Below are positions 36,385-47,140 of a stretch of DNA of 64,000 bases, in pieces (within the stretch, counting starts at the first letter, position 1; every line of letters starts with the position of its first letter). The DNA is taken from the NCBI GenBank assembly GCA_043228905.1, contig JBHGNT010000007.1, positions 3,472,001-3,536,000 of the forward strand, read 5' to 3'. A model generated the notes under the pieces. The model was given only the letters and a program-made list of their open reading frames with translations, searched no databases and had not been told where the DNA came from. Origin of the DNA: Azolla caroliniana. Its lineage: Eukaryota > Plantae > Polypodiophyta. The position numbers were made by a program, and so were the translations under genes.

Positions 36385-37434
36385 CTACTTTACTTTGCCT
36401 TTTGACCCAGATTTCTTACCATGTTGCTTACCTGAAGGTCTTGAGAATCCACCCTTCTGACCTTTGTTCTTCGGATTCCATTTTTTCTTATTCATTCCTG
36501 TCATATTTGCCTTATGTGCTTGCCTCTCTTCTTCAACATTCAAAACACTCACAGCCTTATTCACATCCACAATTTCATGGCTACTCTGTGCCAGCAGTTT
36601 ATTTAGAACACGTTCAAATTGTAGTTTTTCTTGTTGTCCAATCCCTGAACCTTCTACAACTGGGAGGAACTTTCTATGCTTCCCAGGGTTCTTTGCAGGT
36701 TTTTCTCCATCTAATTTGCGATCAAATTTTCCACCACTTGCAGTTGCACTGCTAGCAAGACCTGCTGCGAACCCTATTTCACCTTTTCCTATCTTTCTAG
36801 GTGCTTCCTTAGTACCAGTGATAGGCAAACTTGTTGCAGCCAATTGTACAGTGCTTGGCAATGCTCCTTTGCCCCCAATCTTTGCAGACCTCTTCAGATT
36901 TTCCAATTGATTCTTCTCTTGTTTTGCAACACGGGATTTCTTTTCACTAAGCCGTTGAGCAAATGGATCTGAACCGACTTCATCTGATGCCTTTGCTTCA
37001 ATGATGGGAATGTCGTTCTCGTCCCTTACTCTCTTGTAGCCATATCGCCGCCTCCAATCATCGGTCTGTTCATCAAACTCAAGCTTGCTCCGCTTTCTCT
37101 TCTGAATCCCTTTTCTTTGAGCAAAAATCTCCCATTTGGTAGGGGGCCTAGGTTTAGGCAGAGGCTTCTCCCGAGGTAGCTGCATCAAGGGAGACGGAAG
37201 CTTCACGAGACGTCCGATCTTCTCTGGAGTGGAAGGAAGCTTGAAAAGCCTCTCAGCCAAAGCCTGAAGAGCTTTCGCTCCTCTTTCTAAGCATTCCCGT
37301 GAAATATCATCTCTGGAAGATGAACAGGTAATGGCGGTGTCGCGAGAATCAGAGACGAGAAGATTTCCTACGTCCACGAAGAAGAAGACTCCCTGTTCGT
37401 CCTCCTCCTCACGCTCAGCCTGCAAAGCTTCCAT
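36385..37434 (-). CDS. RRS1: Ribosome biogenesis regulatory protein RRS1, single exon, 349 aa
   Basis: Family motifs 'DVGNLL', '[30 protein letters not shown]', 'WRRRYGYKR', 'DPFAQR', '[12 protein letters not shown]', and a Lys-rich C-terminus. Confidence 0.95.
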   Translation of the reverse strand: MEALQAEREEEDEQGVFFFVDVGNLLVSDSRDTAITCSSSRDDISRECLERGAKALQALAERLFKLPSTPEKIGRLVKLPSPLMQLPREKPLPKPRPPTKWEIFAQRKGIQKRKRSKLEFDEQTDDWRRRYGYKRVRDENDIPIIEAKASDEVGSDPFAQRLSEKKSRVAKQEKNQLENLKRSAKIGGKGALPSTVQLAATSLPITGTKEAPRKIGKGEIGFAAGLASSATASGGKFDRKLDGEKPAKNPGKHRKFLPVVEGSGIGQQEKLQFERVLNKLLAQSSHEIVDVNKAVSVLNVEEERQAHKANMTGMNKKKWNPKNKGQKGGFSRPSGKQHGKKSGSKGKVK

Positions 37435-37483
37435 TATTTCTTTATTTCTTTCTTCTGGCTCTGTGTCTGTGCGTCTGTGTGTT

Positions 37484-37557
37484 AAACCCTAGACTGTGTC
37501 TCTGTGTTAAACCCTAGACTGTGTCTCTGTGTCTCTGTGTCTCTGTGTTAAACCCTA
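37484..37557 (-). promoter_or_regulatory. Three telo-boxes (AAACCCTA) immediately upstream of the RRS1 ATG
   Basis: AAACCCTA at 37484, 37509 and 37550, inside 'ctgtgttaaaccctag' repeats. Telo-boxes are known in plant ribosome-biogenesis gene promoters. Confidence 0.75.
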
Positions 37558-37606
37558 GTCTCTCTCTCTCTCTCTCTCTCTTTCTGTGTCTATTGAAACT
37601 CTGAAC

Positions 37607-37923
37607 GAACTATTCATAATTAGCCTTAACTAACTATTATTAGCAACAAACTAACACTTATTTTGCATTAGTTTGCTTAAGTAGCTACAAGCTTAAAGTT
37701 AATTATAACAATTAGGCTTCCTAATGACCCTCGAGCTCGGATTGTGAGACTATTTGTGGCCTTAATTATGGGAACTATTCATAATTAGACTTAACCAACT
37801 ATTATTAGCAGCAAACTAACATGTAGCTTAAGTAGCTACAAGCTTAAAGTTAATTATAACAATTAGGCTTCCGAATGAACTTCGAGCTCGGGTTGTGAGA
37901 CTATTTGTGGCCTTAATTATGGG
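37607..37923. repeat. ~160-bp tandem duplication in the RRS1 upstream region
   Basis: 'gaactattcataattag...cgagctcgg.ttgtgagactatttgtggccttaattatggg' occurs at ~37607 and ~37772. Confidence 0.92.
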
Positions 37924-37927
37924 ACGG

Positions 37928-38733
37928 TGTCGTGAAGAAAACCGTCCATAGGCGGAATCGGAGCACCTAGGCGTGGGAACCGGTTCTTCACGCGCGCGAG
38001 CTCCAAGTTGTACATAGAAGCGAGTTAGGAGGATAACCGGCAGGAACGGGCCCTAACACAAGTGGAGACTAAGACCGCGCGAACAGTCTTTTCGGTCGCG
38101 CGCGCGAGCGAAGGAACTGTACGAGTCGGCGGCGTAACTACGCGGACGCGTGAAGGACGGAGCGGATCCCTGTCCAAAAGGGACAGGGGAATAACGCTGA
38201 CAGGACGGCCTGCTCGTCGGGCTATAAAAAGAGGAGGAAAGAGCTGTTGCAGGTATCTCACGCGGAGAGGACGAAGTGCTGTCGGACCGTTCCTGGACGC
38301 TTCTCTCCCTGTTTCCTTCCTTCTTGAGCTCCATAGCTTTTCTGTGCAGGGTTCCGAGGAGGCTCGTGCTGTTTCGAGGAACGCCCGAGCGCTTCCGGCA
38401 GCACCTCCGACCTGCTTCCCCCCCCCCTTTTCTTTTGTGCATCGAAGCGAACAAGTATCGGCATCTGTTCGCCGGCTTGTTCGGTTGTAACCAACCTGAG
38501 CCCCATCGAGGGTTGTAGTCGTGTTAGCCATTTTTGTTAATATACATATTTAGTCGTTCGCATCTGTCTGTGTCGGTGTCTGTTCGCGTTCTCCGTGCTG
38601 GAGGGCCGTGTCCCTGTGTATCCCCGGCCCTGCGTAGCCGGTTCTCTCTCTTTCTCCTCCCTCGCTTGCTCTTTGGTTCGAGACCCCCGCGGTCCCGCCT
38701 CATATCCACACGCACTTGCGAAATATCTCGACA
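37928..38733 (+). repeat. 5' LTR (806 bp), TATA-like TATAAAA at 38223
   Basis: Matches the 3' LTR except for two visible substitutions and one poly-C indel. Confidence 0.96.
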
Positions 38734-38737
38734 TCTT

Positions 38738-38755
38738 TGGTGAACCCGACGTGAA
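38738..38755 (+). promoter_or_regulatory. Primer binding site complementary to tRNA-Trp
   Basis: TGGTGAACCCGACGTGAA is the reverse complement of the recalled plant tRNA-Trp 3' end TTCACGTCGGGTTCACCA. Confidence 0.88.
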
Positions 38756-38777
38756 AGAGGCGGCAGAAGAGCAGAAG

Positions 38778-40904
38778 ATGAGGGGGTCGGATCTCGCAGA
38801 GGCCATGGCTTCGGCCGTGGATCGGATTGTAAACGCGCGCGAGAGCACCGGTGCCCTCGACAGAGCTATTGAGGCGGTCGTCGGCACGATCGGCCGGTTC
38901 GACGGGAAGGATGCCACGAAGTATTTGGCGTCCTACGGTGCAGAGATGCTGATGCGGGACATTCCGGAAGAAAGGCGTCTTGCCGGATTTCCCCGAGTGG
39001 CGATGCCGAGCATCCATGCGGAGGTGCTCGAGGTGCGGACGGAGAGCCGTACCTGGGAGGAGTTTGAAGGTCGGCTCCTAGAGAAATACGGGCTGGACGA
39101 CGCGCTCCGGCTTTCGAAGCGAAGATTCATGGAATGGGTGGAGTCCCCGGGGAAGGGAAGAAACGCGTCGGCGCTCCTCCGGGAGTTCGAGGAAAACTTT
39201 GCGCGCCTTTCGGCGCTCGACCGAACCATCCTGGACACGAGCCGGGTCTTGCTGTTTGTCAAGTCGGTCGACGAGCGGGATCGGGAGCAAGTGGGCCTCT
39301 TGCTGGAAACCGAAGACGGGCTCACTACCGACTGGGCGGCTGTCAGGAAGGTCTGTGGCCGTTTCGACAAACGGCGAGAATGGGCGGATAACGGGGCGAC
39401 CGGGTCGGACTCGGTCGCAGCAAGGAAGCTCGAACCGGCGCCACAGGTGCGCATGGAAGAGACCTGGGAGTGGTTGGAAACCGGTTTGGCTTCGACCGGC
39501 GTAGTCAGAGGCTCAACCGGAGGAGCGGCGCTGGAGGAATTGACGAAGGCGATAAAGGACCTCCAAATCGCGCAGGCCCGAAGGGAAGGGGGCGAACCGG
39601 CTCGTGACCGACGGCCGGCGGCAGGAAACAGGTGCATGTGGTGCGATGAAGTCGGCCACATTCGGAAGGACTGCGGCGACTTCGCGGAGGCGCTGAGGAA
39701 CAGGGTGGTGTACCTGTGGGAAGGACGGGTGCATGCCAGCGACACCCGAAGGACCCTGAGCCGAAACGACGGAAAAGGTGGTATGAAAGGGTTGATGGAA
39801 GAGGCGGCGGCCCGACACGCGGAAACCGTCCACTACTCGGCGTCGGCCGGCATTCGAGTCGGGGGCGGCGAGGCCCGAAGGGAAAGCAAAGCCGGATTCT
39901 GGCCAACGATGCTGGAAGGCCTTGCCGGTGCAAGGCTTAAAGGGGAGCAATTGGACCGTGCGGAGAAACGGGTACGGGGGATGACCGGGTGGAGCGACCC
40001 GGTCGAGGAAAGGACGGGCTTCGTGGAAGCCGCTTGCCAGAACTACGAGGCTCTGGTAGAAGAGAAGCGGGTGGGGAGACCCGGGACGACCGGGCCCTCA
40101 CAACGATACGAGACCCGGTCCGGGCCACGACGGGACGAAGCCGGCGGGGCCGGTACGCAAGATAAACCGCAGAAGGGCGGGTACCGTCTGGGGACGGAGA
40201 TAGAAAGGACCACGGACTTACGGAAGGTCCTGGAGGAACGGATCCTCGACAGCAAGGTGGAGCTGTCGTTACGAGAGGTGCTGGGAATCGCCAAGAAGGA
40301 GTTCCACGACTCCATCGTGGACTTGGTGAAACGGAAGAGGCTGTCGACGGAGACAGAACCGGAAAGACCGGTGGAAGTGCGGACGACGCACCTAGACGAC
40401 ATGGCGCTGGGAGACGAGTGGGCGGAAAGCCACTATTCGAGACCACACTGGGCCCGAGCGACCACGGAAACCCCGGTGAAGATCGGCGATGTCCAGGAAC
40501 CGGTGGTAGCTTTGGTGGACCACGGATCGGAGATCAATTTGATGTCCATGGACTTCTATAAGAAGGGCAAATGGCCGATCAACACCAAGCACGGGTGGAA
40601 AATAAGGGCAGCAACGCGCGCCACCGAGGAACTGCACGGGGCCTGTCCGAATGTGCGAGTCAAGATCGGCGACGTCGAGATTGACCAGCACTTCTTCGTG
40701 CAGGAGACGTCTTCGCATCCGGTCATTCTGGGAGAGCCGTACATCACGGCGGCGCGAATGGAGACCAAAGTGCTGGACAATGGTTCGGCCTACGCGAGGG
40801 TCAAAAGCCAAGACGGGCGCCATTCGGTCTAGTTTCTGACGGTACGACCGAACCACGAACGTAACCGCGATTCCCTCGGTTCCGAAAACCGAGAGGATTT
40901 TTAG
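38778..40904 (+). CDS. gag-pro: Gag-protease ORF with an in-frame premature TAG at 40830-40832; the presumed natural stop is at 40902-40904
   Basis: CCHC knuckle 'CMWCDEVGHIRKDC'. Aspartic protease 'ALVDHGSEINLM...VILGEPY'. The frame continues past the TAG as 'FLTVRPNHERNRDSL...EDF*'. Confidence 0.85.
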
Positions 40905-40960
40905 AGAGGACTGCCAAGGCGTGGGGCCGCGACAGTCCGGATGCTCCGGGAAAACCCCAC
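40895..40960 (+). promoter_or_regulatory. Candidate programmed -1 ribosomal frameshift signal (slippery heptamer plus predicted pseudoknot)
   Basis: G_GAT_TTT at 40895-40901. The pol frame is -1 relative to gag and open from here. Stem GGACTG/CAGTCC starts 6 nt downstream, and loop GTGGGG is complementary to CCCCAC at 40955-40960. Confidence 0.7.
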
Positions 40961-43900
40961 ATCTGTACGATAAAACCGTGTACAATAGGTAGGGAATTTT
41001 GCTTCTCCGACAGCGGAGCATGTACGATGGTCGGCATCACCGGCCGAGAGAAAACAAAGACGGAGGGGAGACTTCGGGCGTGCGGAGTTCTCGGCCCTGA
41101 CGAAGGAATCAACGGAGCCGTGGAGGCAGTCTCTTTCGACGACACCTTGGGAATGCTGGGGAAGGTAGTCGAAGAAGACCTTAACGAAGACCGGACGATA
41201 CCGGTATGTTCCGAAGAAATGTACGAAGTCATCGCGGACTTCGGTCGAGGGCTCGAGTCGGAACGGACGGCCCGAGTGAGCACCAAGTACAAGACGGTGG
41301 ACCGGAAGGTGAGGCCAGTTGCGGCGCCCTTACCGGAGGGCAGTGAATCCCGGATTAAAGGGGTTGCATCGGACCCCTGCTTACGAGATCGGGCCTGCAT
41401 AGGACACACCTTCACCAACGAGACGCTCCGCGAGCTGAAGATCGGTGGGGGCAGGTTCCTACTGCCGGCGGAGGAAGACCGGTTCCGGAGAATGCTCGGA
41501 AGGCACGGGAAAGCCTTCGCATTCTCGCCGGAGGAAATCGGGTGCGTGGACCCGACGATCGTAGAGCCGATGGTGATATTCACGGTACCGCATGTACCGT
41601 GGAATCTCAAGCCAATTTCGGTTCCGAGAGCTCACATCCCGAAGTTGATGGAGCTGTTGAAGCAGAAAGTTGATATGGGCATTCTCGAGCCGTCGAGTGC
41701 CCCGTATTCAAACCGCTGGTTTACCGTGCCAAAGAAAAACGGATCATTGCGCTTCATTCAGGACCTGCAGCCGGTCAATAGAGTGACCATTCGGAACGCA
41801 GGGATCGGACCGACCATAGACGAGTTCGCGGAGGCCTTCGCCGGAAGGTCGATTTACTCGGTCGGTGATCTATACTCAGGGTACGACCAGTTCCAGCTAG
41901 CCGTGGAAAGCAGAGACATTACGACGATGCGAACTCCCCTCGGCCTAGTGCGGATGTGTACGCTGCCGCAAGGAGGGACCAACTCGGTGGCCCACATGGT
42001 GAATGCGATGAACAAGGTGCTGAGGGACTGCATCCCGGACATCACCATGCCGTTTCTAGACGACATCCCGATCAAGGGATGCCCGGTAGAAGAGAAGGAC
42101 GAGACGGTCGGGCCGGACGGATGCCGGCGATTCGTGATGGCGCACATCGACGACTGCGAGAAGGTGCTGCAAAGGCTAGAGGATGCGAGGCTCACCTTCT
42201 CGGGGGAGAAATCAGCCTTCGGATAGTCGGAAATCATGGTGGTCGGACACTTATGTGGACCATATGGCCGGAAACCGTCTCCGGCAAAGGTAGAAGCCAT
42301 CTCCGCGATGAAGCCCGACTGCAGCTCGGTCACGGAGGTACGAAGATTCCTGGGGGCATGCGCATTCTACCACATATGGATCCCGCATTACGCCCATGTT
42401 GCGGAGCCGCTATACGGATTATTGAGGAAAGGGCGAAGATTCGAATGGCTAGACAAGCACAAGGAGTCGGTCCGGAAGCTGAAGGAGGCTCTCTCGGCAG
42501 CACCGGCGCTCCGAAAGGCCGTCTACAGAAAGGGCACCCCAGTGTACATAACGGTTGACACGAGTCCGACCGGAATCGGGTGGGTCGTCAACCAAGAAGA
42601 CGAGGACGGCAATCGGTTTCCGATCCGATTCGGCGCGAAGGTCCTCAGCGAACGGCAGCGAGGATACGCCCAGGTTAAACGCGAACTCTGGGGTATCGTT
42701 TCGGCGGTGAAGGCCGACAAGGACTATCTGATCGGGACGGAGGTAATCATAGAGACGGATTGCATGCCGATTCTCGGCATGGTTTCCGGATGCGCGACGC
42801 CGGACCTGGCAATGCTCAGGTGGATAGCGTACATCAAGTCCCTAGACCCGGTAATGCGACACATTTCCGGGAAAGACAACGCCATGGCCGACATGCTTTC
42901 AAGGGCGAGATTCGATGACGAGGGCGGCATGGTTTCGGAGGATGAAGAGGTCGGCGTGGACTTCTTCGAGACTGCGTATGTAACAACCGACGGGACAAGC
43001 ACTCCGGCGCTTAACGACTTCGACGCGAGCAAGTACGACGGGGAGTGGCTGCAGATCGGTGGGTTTTTGAAGACAATGACGCCCGATGCGTCATGGACGA
43101 AGGACGAGGCCAACCGGATCCGGAAGAAAGCGTACCGGTTCTTTCTCCGGGATGGCTATCTATGGAAGCACCCGAAGAAGAGGGACGGCGCTCCGCTCCG
43201 GGTAGTGGCGATGAAGGAAGAACAGGAGGAGCTACTGATGGCTTACCACGACAGCCCTTGGGCTGGACACCGTGGAACATGGGCTACGTTTGAGAAACTG
43301 AAGGGGAAGTATTGGTGGTCGGGGCAGTACCAGGACGTGCATCGGTTCGTGACAACTTGCGAGAGCTGTCAGATGCACTCCATAGTCCGACATCGAGACG
43401 AGCTTCACCCTACGTACCCTCCGGCCATCCATTTCAAATGGATGGTAGATCTGGTAACGATGCCAATGGGAGTAGGACAGATGCGGTACCTGGTCCTAGC
43501 GCGGGAGGATCTGACGAACCAGGTGGAAGGCCGGGCCCTTCCGAACAAAACGACCGCGGCCGTGTGTCGGTTCCTAATCGAGGACGTGGTATGCCGGTAC
43601 GGGTGCGTCGGGAAGATCGTGGCTGACCGAGGGGAGTTGGACGCCGAAGAAGCCGCGGAGCTGTTCGACCGGCTGGGAGTCAAGCTCTCGCTCACCACTG
43701 CGTACAATCCGGAGGCGAATGGAAAGGTGGAGCGCGGACACGGACCGATCGTCAAGGCGTTGGTTCGGGCATGCGGAGGCCGAGTCGGTAACTGGCCGCG
43801 GCTGCTACCTTATGCTTTGTGGGCAGACCGGACCACGCACAGTTCGGTAACCGGGTACATGCCGACGGAGCTCATGTTCGGCCAGAAGCCGATCATGCCG

Positions 43901-44461
43901 ATGGAACGGACGATCTCCTCATGGGCAACGGTCGATTGGAGGGACGAGATGAGCCGGGAGGAGTTGTTGGCCGCGCGTATACGACAACTCGAGCGGAGAC
44001 CGGAGGACGTGGAACTGGCTACGGAGAAGCTCCAGGTGGCGAGGACAAAGAACAAAGCCAGGTTCGACCGAATACACCGGCTCCGACCGAAGAAAATCGA
44101 AGAAGGTGACTGGGTGCTCGTCTACGACAGCAGCCTCGACAACCAGCACCGAGCCACACGGAAGTTCGCACGAAGGTGGTTCGGGCCTTACGTGGTACGG
44201 AGCGCCAATGACAACGGGACATATCACCTGGCGGAACTCGACGGCACGAGAGTGGCGATACCGGTTGCAGGGAAGCGGATCAAAGCGTTCAAGAAGCGAC
44301 ACGACGACGAGCCAGACCCGGCTCTTCTAGTCAGCAGTGACGAACGATCCGAAAACGAGGAAGAACCGGCGGGCGAGGAACGAAGACAGGCCGGTTTTCT
44401 CCGTCCCAACTCTCTGGCGCATACCGGAGGATGCGCGGTTAGGTGGGGGCGGATGTCGTGA
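40895..44461 (+). CDS. pol: Pol (RT, RNase H, integrase), interrupted by one in-frame TAG at 42224-42226
   Basis: RT 'DLYSGYDQ...LPQG...FLDD'. RNase H 'VDTSPTGIG...ELWGIV...ETDC...NAMADMLSR'. Integrase 'HDSPWAGH...CESC', 'VDL...ADRGE...NGKVERGH', 'WFGPY'. ORFs 41027..42226 and 42236..44461 share one frame. Confidence 0.93.
44441..44453 (+). promoter_or_regulatory. Polypurine tract
   Basis: AGGTGGGGGCGGA lies directly before the 3' LTR. Confidence 0.75.
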
Positions 44462-45260
44462 AGAAAACCGTCCATAGGCGGAATCGGAGCACCTAGGCGT
44501 GGGAACCGGTTCTTCACGCGCGCGAGCTCCAAGTTGTACATAGAAGCGAGTTAGGAGGATAACCGGCAGGAACGGGCCCTAACACAAGTGGAGACTAAGA
44601 CCGCGCGAACAGTCTTTTCGGTCGCGCGCGCGAGCGAAGGAACTGTACGAGTCGGCGGCGTAACTACGCGGACGCGTGAAGGACGGAGCGGATCCCTGTC
44701 CAAAAGGGACAGGGGAATAACGCTGACAGGACGGCCTGCTCGTCGGGCTATAAAAAGAGGAGGAAAGAGCTGTTGCAGGTATCTCACGCAGAGAGGACGA
44801 AGTGCTGTCGGACCGTTCCTGGACGCTTCTCTCCCTGTTTCCTTCCTTCTTGAGCTCCATAGCTTTTCTGTGCAGGGTTCCGAGGAGGCTCGTGCTGTTT
44901 CGAGGAATGCCCGAGCGCTTCCGGCAGCACCTCCGACCTGCTTCCCCCCCCCCCTTTTCTTTTGTGCATCGAAGCGAACAAGTATCGGCATCTGTTCGCC
45001 GGCTTGTTCGGTTGTAACCAACCTGAGCCCCATCGAGGGTTGTAGTCGTGTTAGCCATTTTTGTTAATATACATATTTAGTCGTTCGCATCTGTCTGTGT
45101 CGGTGTCTGTTCGCGTTCTCCGTGCTGGAGGGCCGTGTCCCTGTGTATCCCCGGCCCTGCGTAGCCGGTTCTCTCTCTTTCTCCTCCCTCGCTTGCTCTT
45201 TGGTTCGAGACCCCCGCGGTCCCGCCTCATATCCACACGCACTTGCGAAATATCTCGACA
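44454..45260 (+). repeat. 3' LTR (807 bp)
   Basis: Starts TGTCGTGAAG, ends TCTCGACA, followed by the TSD ACGG. Confidence 0.96.
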
Positions 45261-45359
45261 ACGGTAGTGGAATATAATTCATCAACCCCTACAATGCATG
45301 TGCCCGCTCATCAAAAGCTCCCCGTTACTACCTTATGTTCATCGACAACCCCTTCAATA

Positions 45360-45600
45360 ATTAGCGTGATTGATTCCACATTGTTTCTTACGAAGATAGC
45401 CCAACTTTCATTCCTTGTTGTCTAGCCACCAGAAGAAACGGCATATCTGATACTCCAAAAATGTGAGATGAACTGAACCCCTCAAAACCTCTGACAAAGC
45501 TCTCGCCAATGTTTCAAATTTCAATCCTTAAATTGATGGTCAAATAGAGTGGACAAATCAAATTCTTGAATAATACCTTTGACGCGTCATTCGTATAAAA
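45360..45600 (+). pseudogene. Old degraded Gypsy integrase remnant (different, AT-rich family)
   Basis: 'VIDSTLFLTKIAQL' and 'FNP*IDGQIEWTNQILE*YL' resemble '[21 protein letters not shown]'. Confidence 0.65.
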
Positions 45601-46119
45601 GTCAACAAGTTTAATGTGGATATCTTGACAACATTGGTAAACCCTTCTATTGAGGAGCAAGAGAAGATAATCGAGGAGGTTTTGTGCCTCCATTGCAACT
45701 TGTTTGGTCAGATGGTTTACTTGTATCATCTAATGAGAGCAAGATAAAATAAGTGGGCATTGTAGTTGTTCTAACCTTATCACAATGCAACAATGTTGAG
45801 CTATAATAAGAATCCTATGGCTAGATATCAATCCACATCGTCAACTTCAAAGCTCTTGTTTACTAGTAATTGCATCTCATGTTGTACAATCTTTGTCCAA
45901 GTGATAATAGTTTTGATGTCCTCCAAACTATGGTTGGAACTTGGGAGCAATTCAAGAGTCATATACTGCTTTGTTGACATCTTGTACACTTAGTCATAGT
46001 TGATGTGTTTGACTTATTTGTGTTTTCCTCTAGTGTTATCATCTACAAGACTGCCCCCTCAAAATAAAAACATATGTTATATTTGGCAAGCTTGAAAAGG
46101 AAATAAAAATAAAAATAAA

Positions 46120-46625
46120 AACAGTCAATGATATTCCGTTTGAGATGTGGTCTCTTGGATGTATGCTATGTGTTGATCTCTATTAGATACACATGATATA
46201 TTTCATATTCTTGCAAACAGAGATGTTCTCTTGTGGAATGCATCTATTACAGGATAAGTGGACCATGACTCAGCAGAGATTTTTTGTGGTTTATTTGGTG
46301 AGGCACAAGAAATATTTTCAACTTTGATTTCGAGATACAAGGATGTGGGATGCAGTTATTTTGGCCTTGAGAAGTTTGCCAAGGTGGCTGTGAAAGAGTG
46401 ATTGACATGCATAGAAAATCACATTGAAATTATGAGTAAGAGGCTGTTAGAAGACAATATTGAGCTTGGGAATGCTTTGTTGGACATGTATGCTATATGT
46501 GGCAATCTTGAAAAAACACAAAAAACAGTTGATGATATTTCAGTTCGAGATGTAATTGATATTCTTGCAAACAAACATGTTCTGTTGTGAAATGCATCTA
46601 TTACAATATATGTTGAGCATGGCTC
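46120..46625 (+). pseudogene. PLS-class PPR gene fragments
   Basis: 'HIEIMSKRLLEDNIELGNALLDMYAICGNLEKTQKTVDDISVRDV...LL*NASITIYVEHG' and 'RDVLLWNASITG' resemble 'LGNALVDMYAKCG.LE.A..VFD.LP.RDVVSWNALI.GY..HG'. Stops and frameshifts are present. Confidence 0.8.
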
Positions 46626-46699
46626 AATGGAGATTGGTAGTGTAAATGCGGAGCAATAATTGAAGCTTGAGCATAGTTTGAGATTTCATTACTACTGGA

Positions 46700-47140
46700 A
46701 AGAAATGGGTGAACCTTAGGATGTTCGTGAAAGTAATGCTAATAGGAAGGGTCAAGGTTTTCATTTCCAGCAAGGAGTGGATGTGGCAGAACGAAGTAAA
46801 TTGAAGAATGTTCTGCATGCTATGGGTCTCTGAAATTGTCTAAGCATACAAATGGTTCATTGTCTTCATGCATAGAGGGTAGTTTCAAGAGAATGGAGGG
46901 AATATAGAACCAAGTTGGAAGCTTGTTTACTCATGAGATACAAGACGTTGTGAAGCAATGATTGAAGCTTCGATTGGACCTACGGTTTTAATACATGATG
47001 CAACTTTTGATGATAGCATACATGGTGGAGCGATCATGAATAATCATGTACGACAAAAGAAGCACTATAAGTTGCAAAATCTTCTAGAGTGTATCGAGTC
47101 GTTCTCACACATTTCAGTCAATGTAACCCAAAAATTTATA
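46700..47140 (+). pseudogene. tRNase Z (long form, ELAC2-like) C-terminal fragment
   Basis: 'PSWKLVYS*DTRRCEAMIEASIGPTVLIHDATFDD...NH' then, after a frameshift, 'TTKEAL*V...VYRVVLTHFSQCNPKI'. This matches tRNase Z 'GWKxVYSGDTRPC...LIHEATF...HST..EA...LTHFSQRYPK'. Confidence 0.85.

Larger units (their letters stand above)
37928..45260 (+). mobile_element. Full-length young Ty3/Gypsy LTR retrotransposon (no chromodomain), 7.3 kb
   Basis: LTRs at 37928-38733 and 44454-45260 (TG...CA). 4-bp TSD ACGG at 37924-37927 and 45261-45264. PBS, PPT and the order gag-PR-RT-RNaseH-IN are all present. Confidence 0.97.

Noticed and set aside
38025-45285. Many overlapping ORFs in the LTRs and antisense to gag-pol
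   Set aside because: Expected in GC-rich DNA with few stop codons. They have no recognisable domains, and the LTR ORFs change frame between the two LTRs at the poly-C indel.
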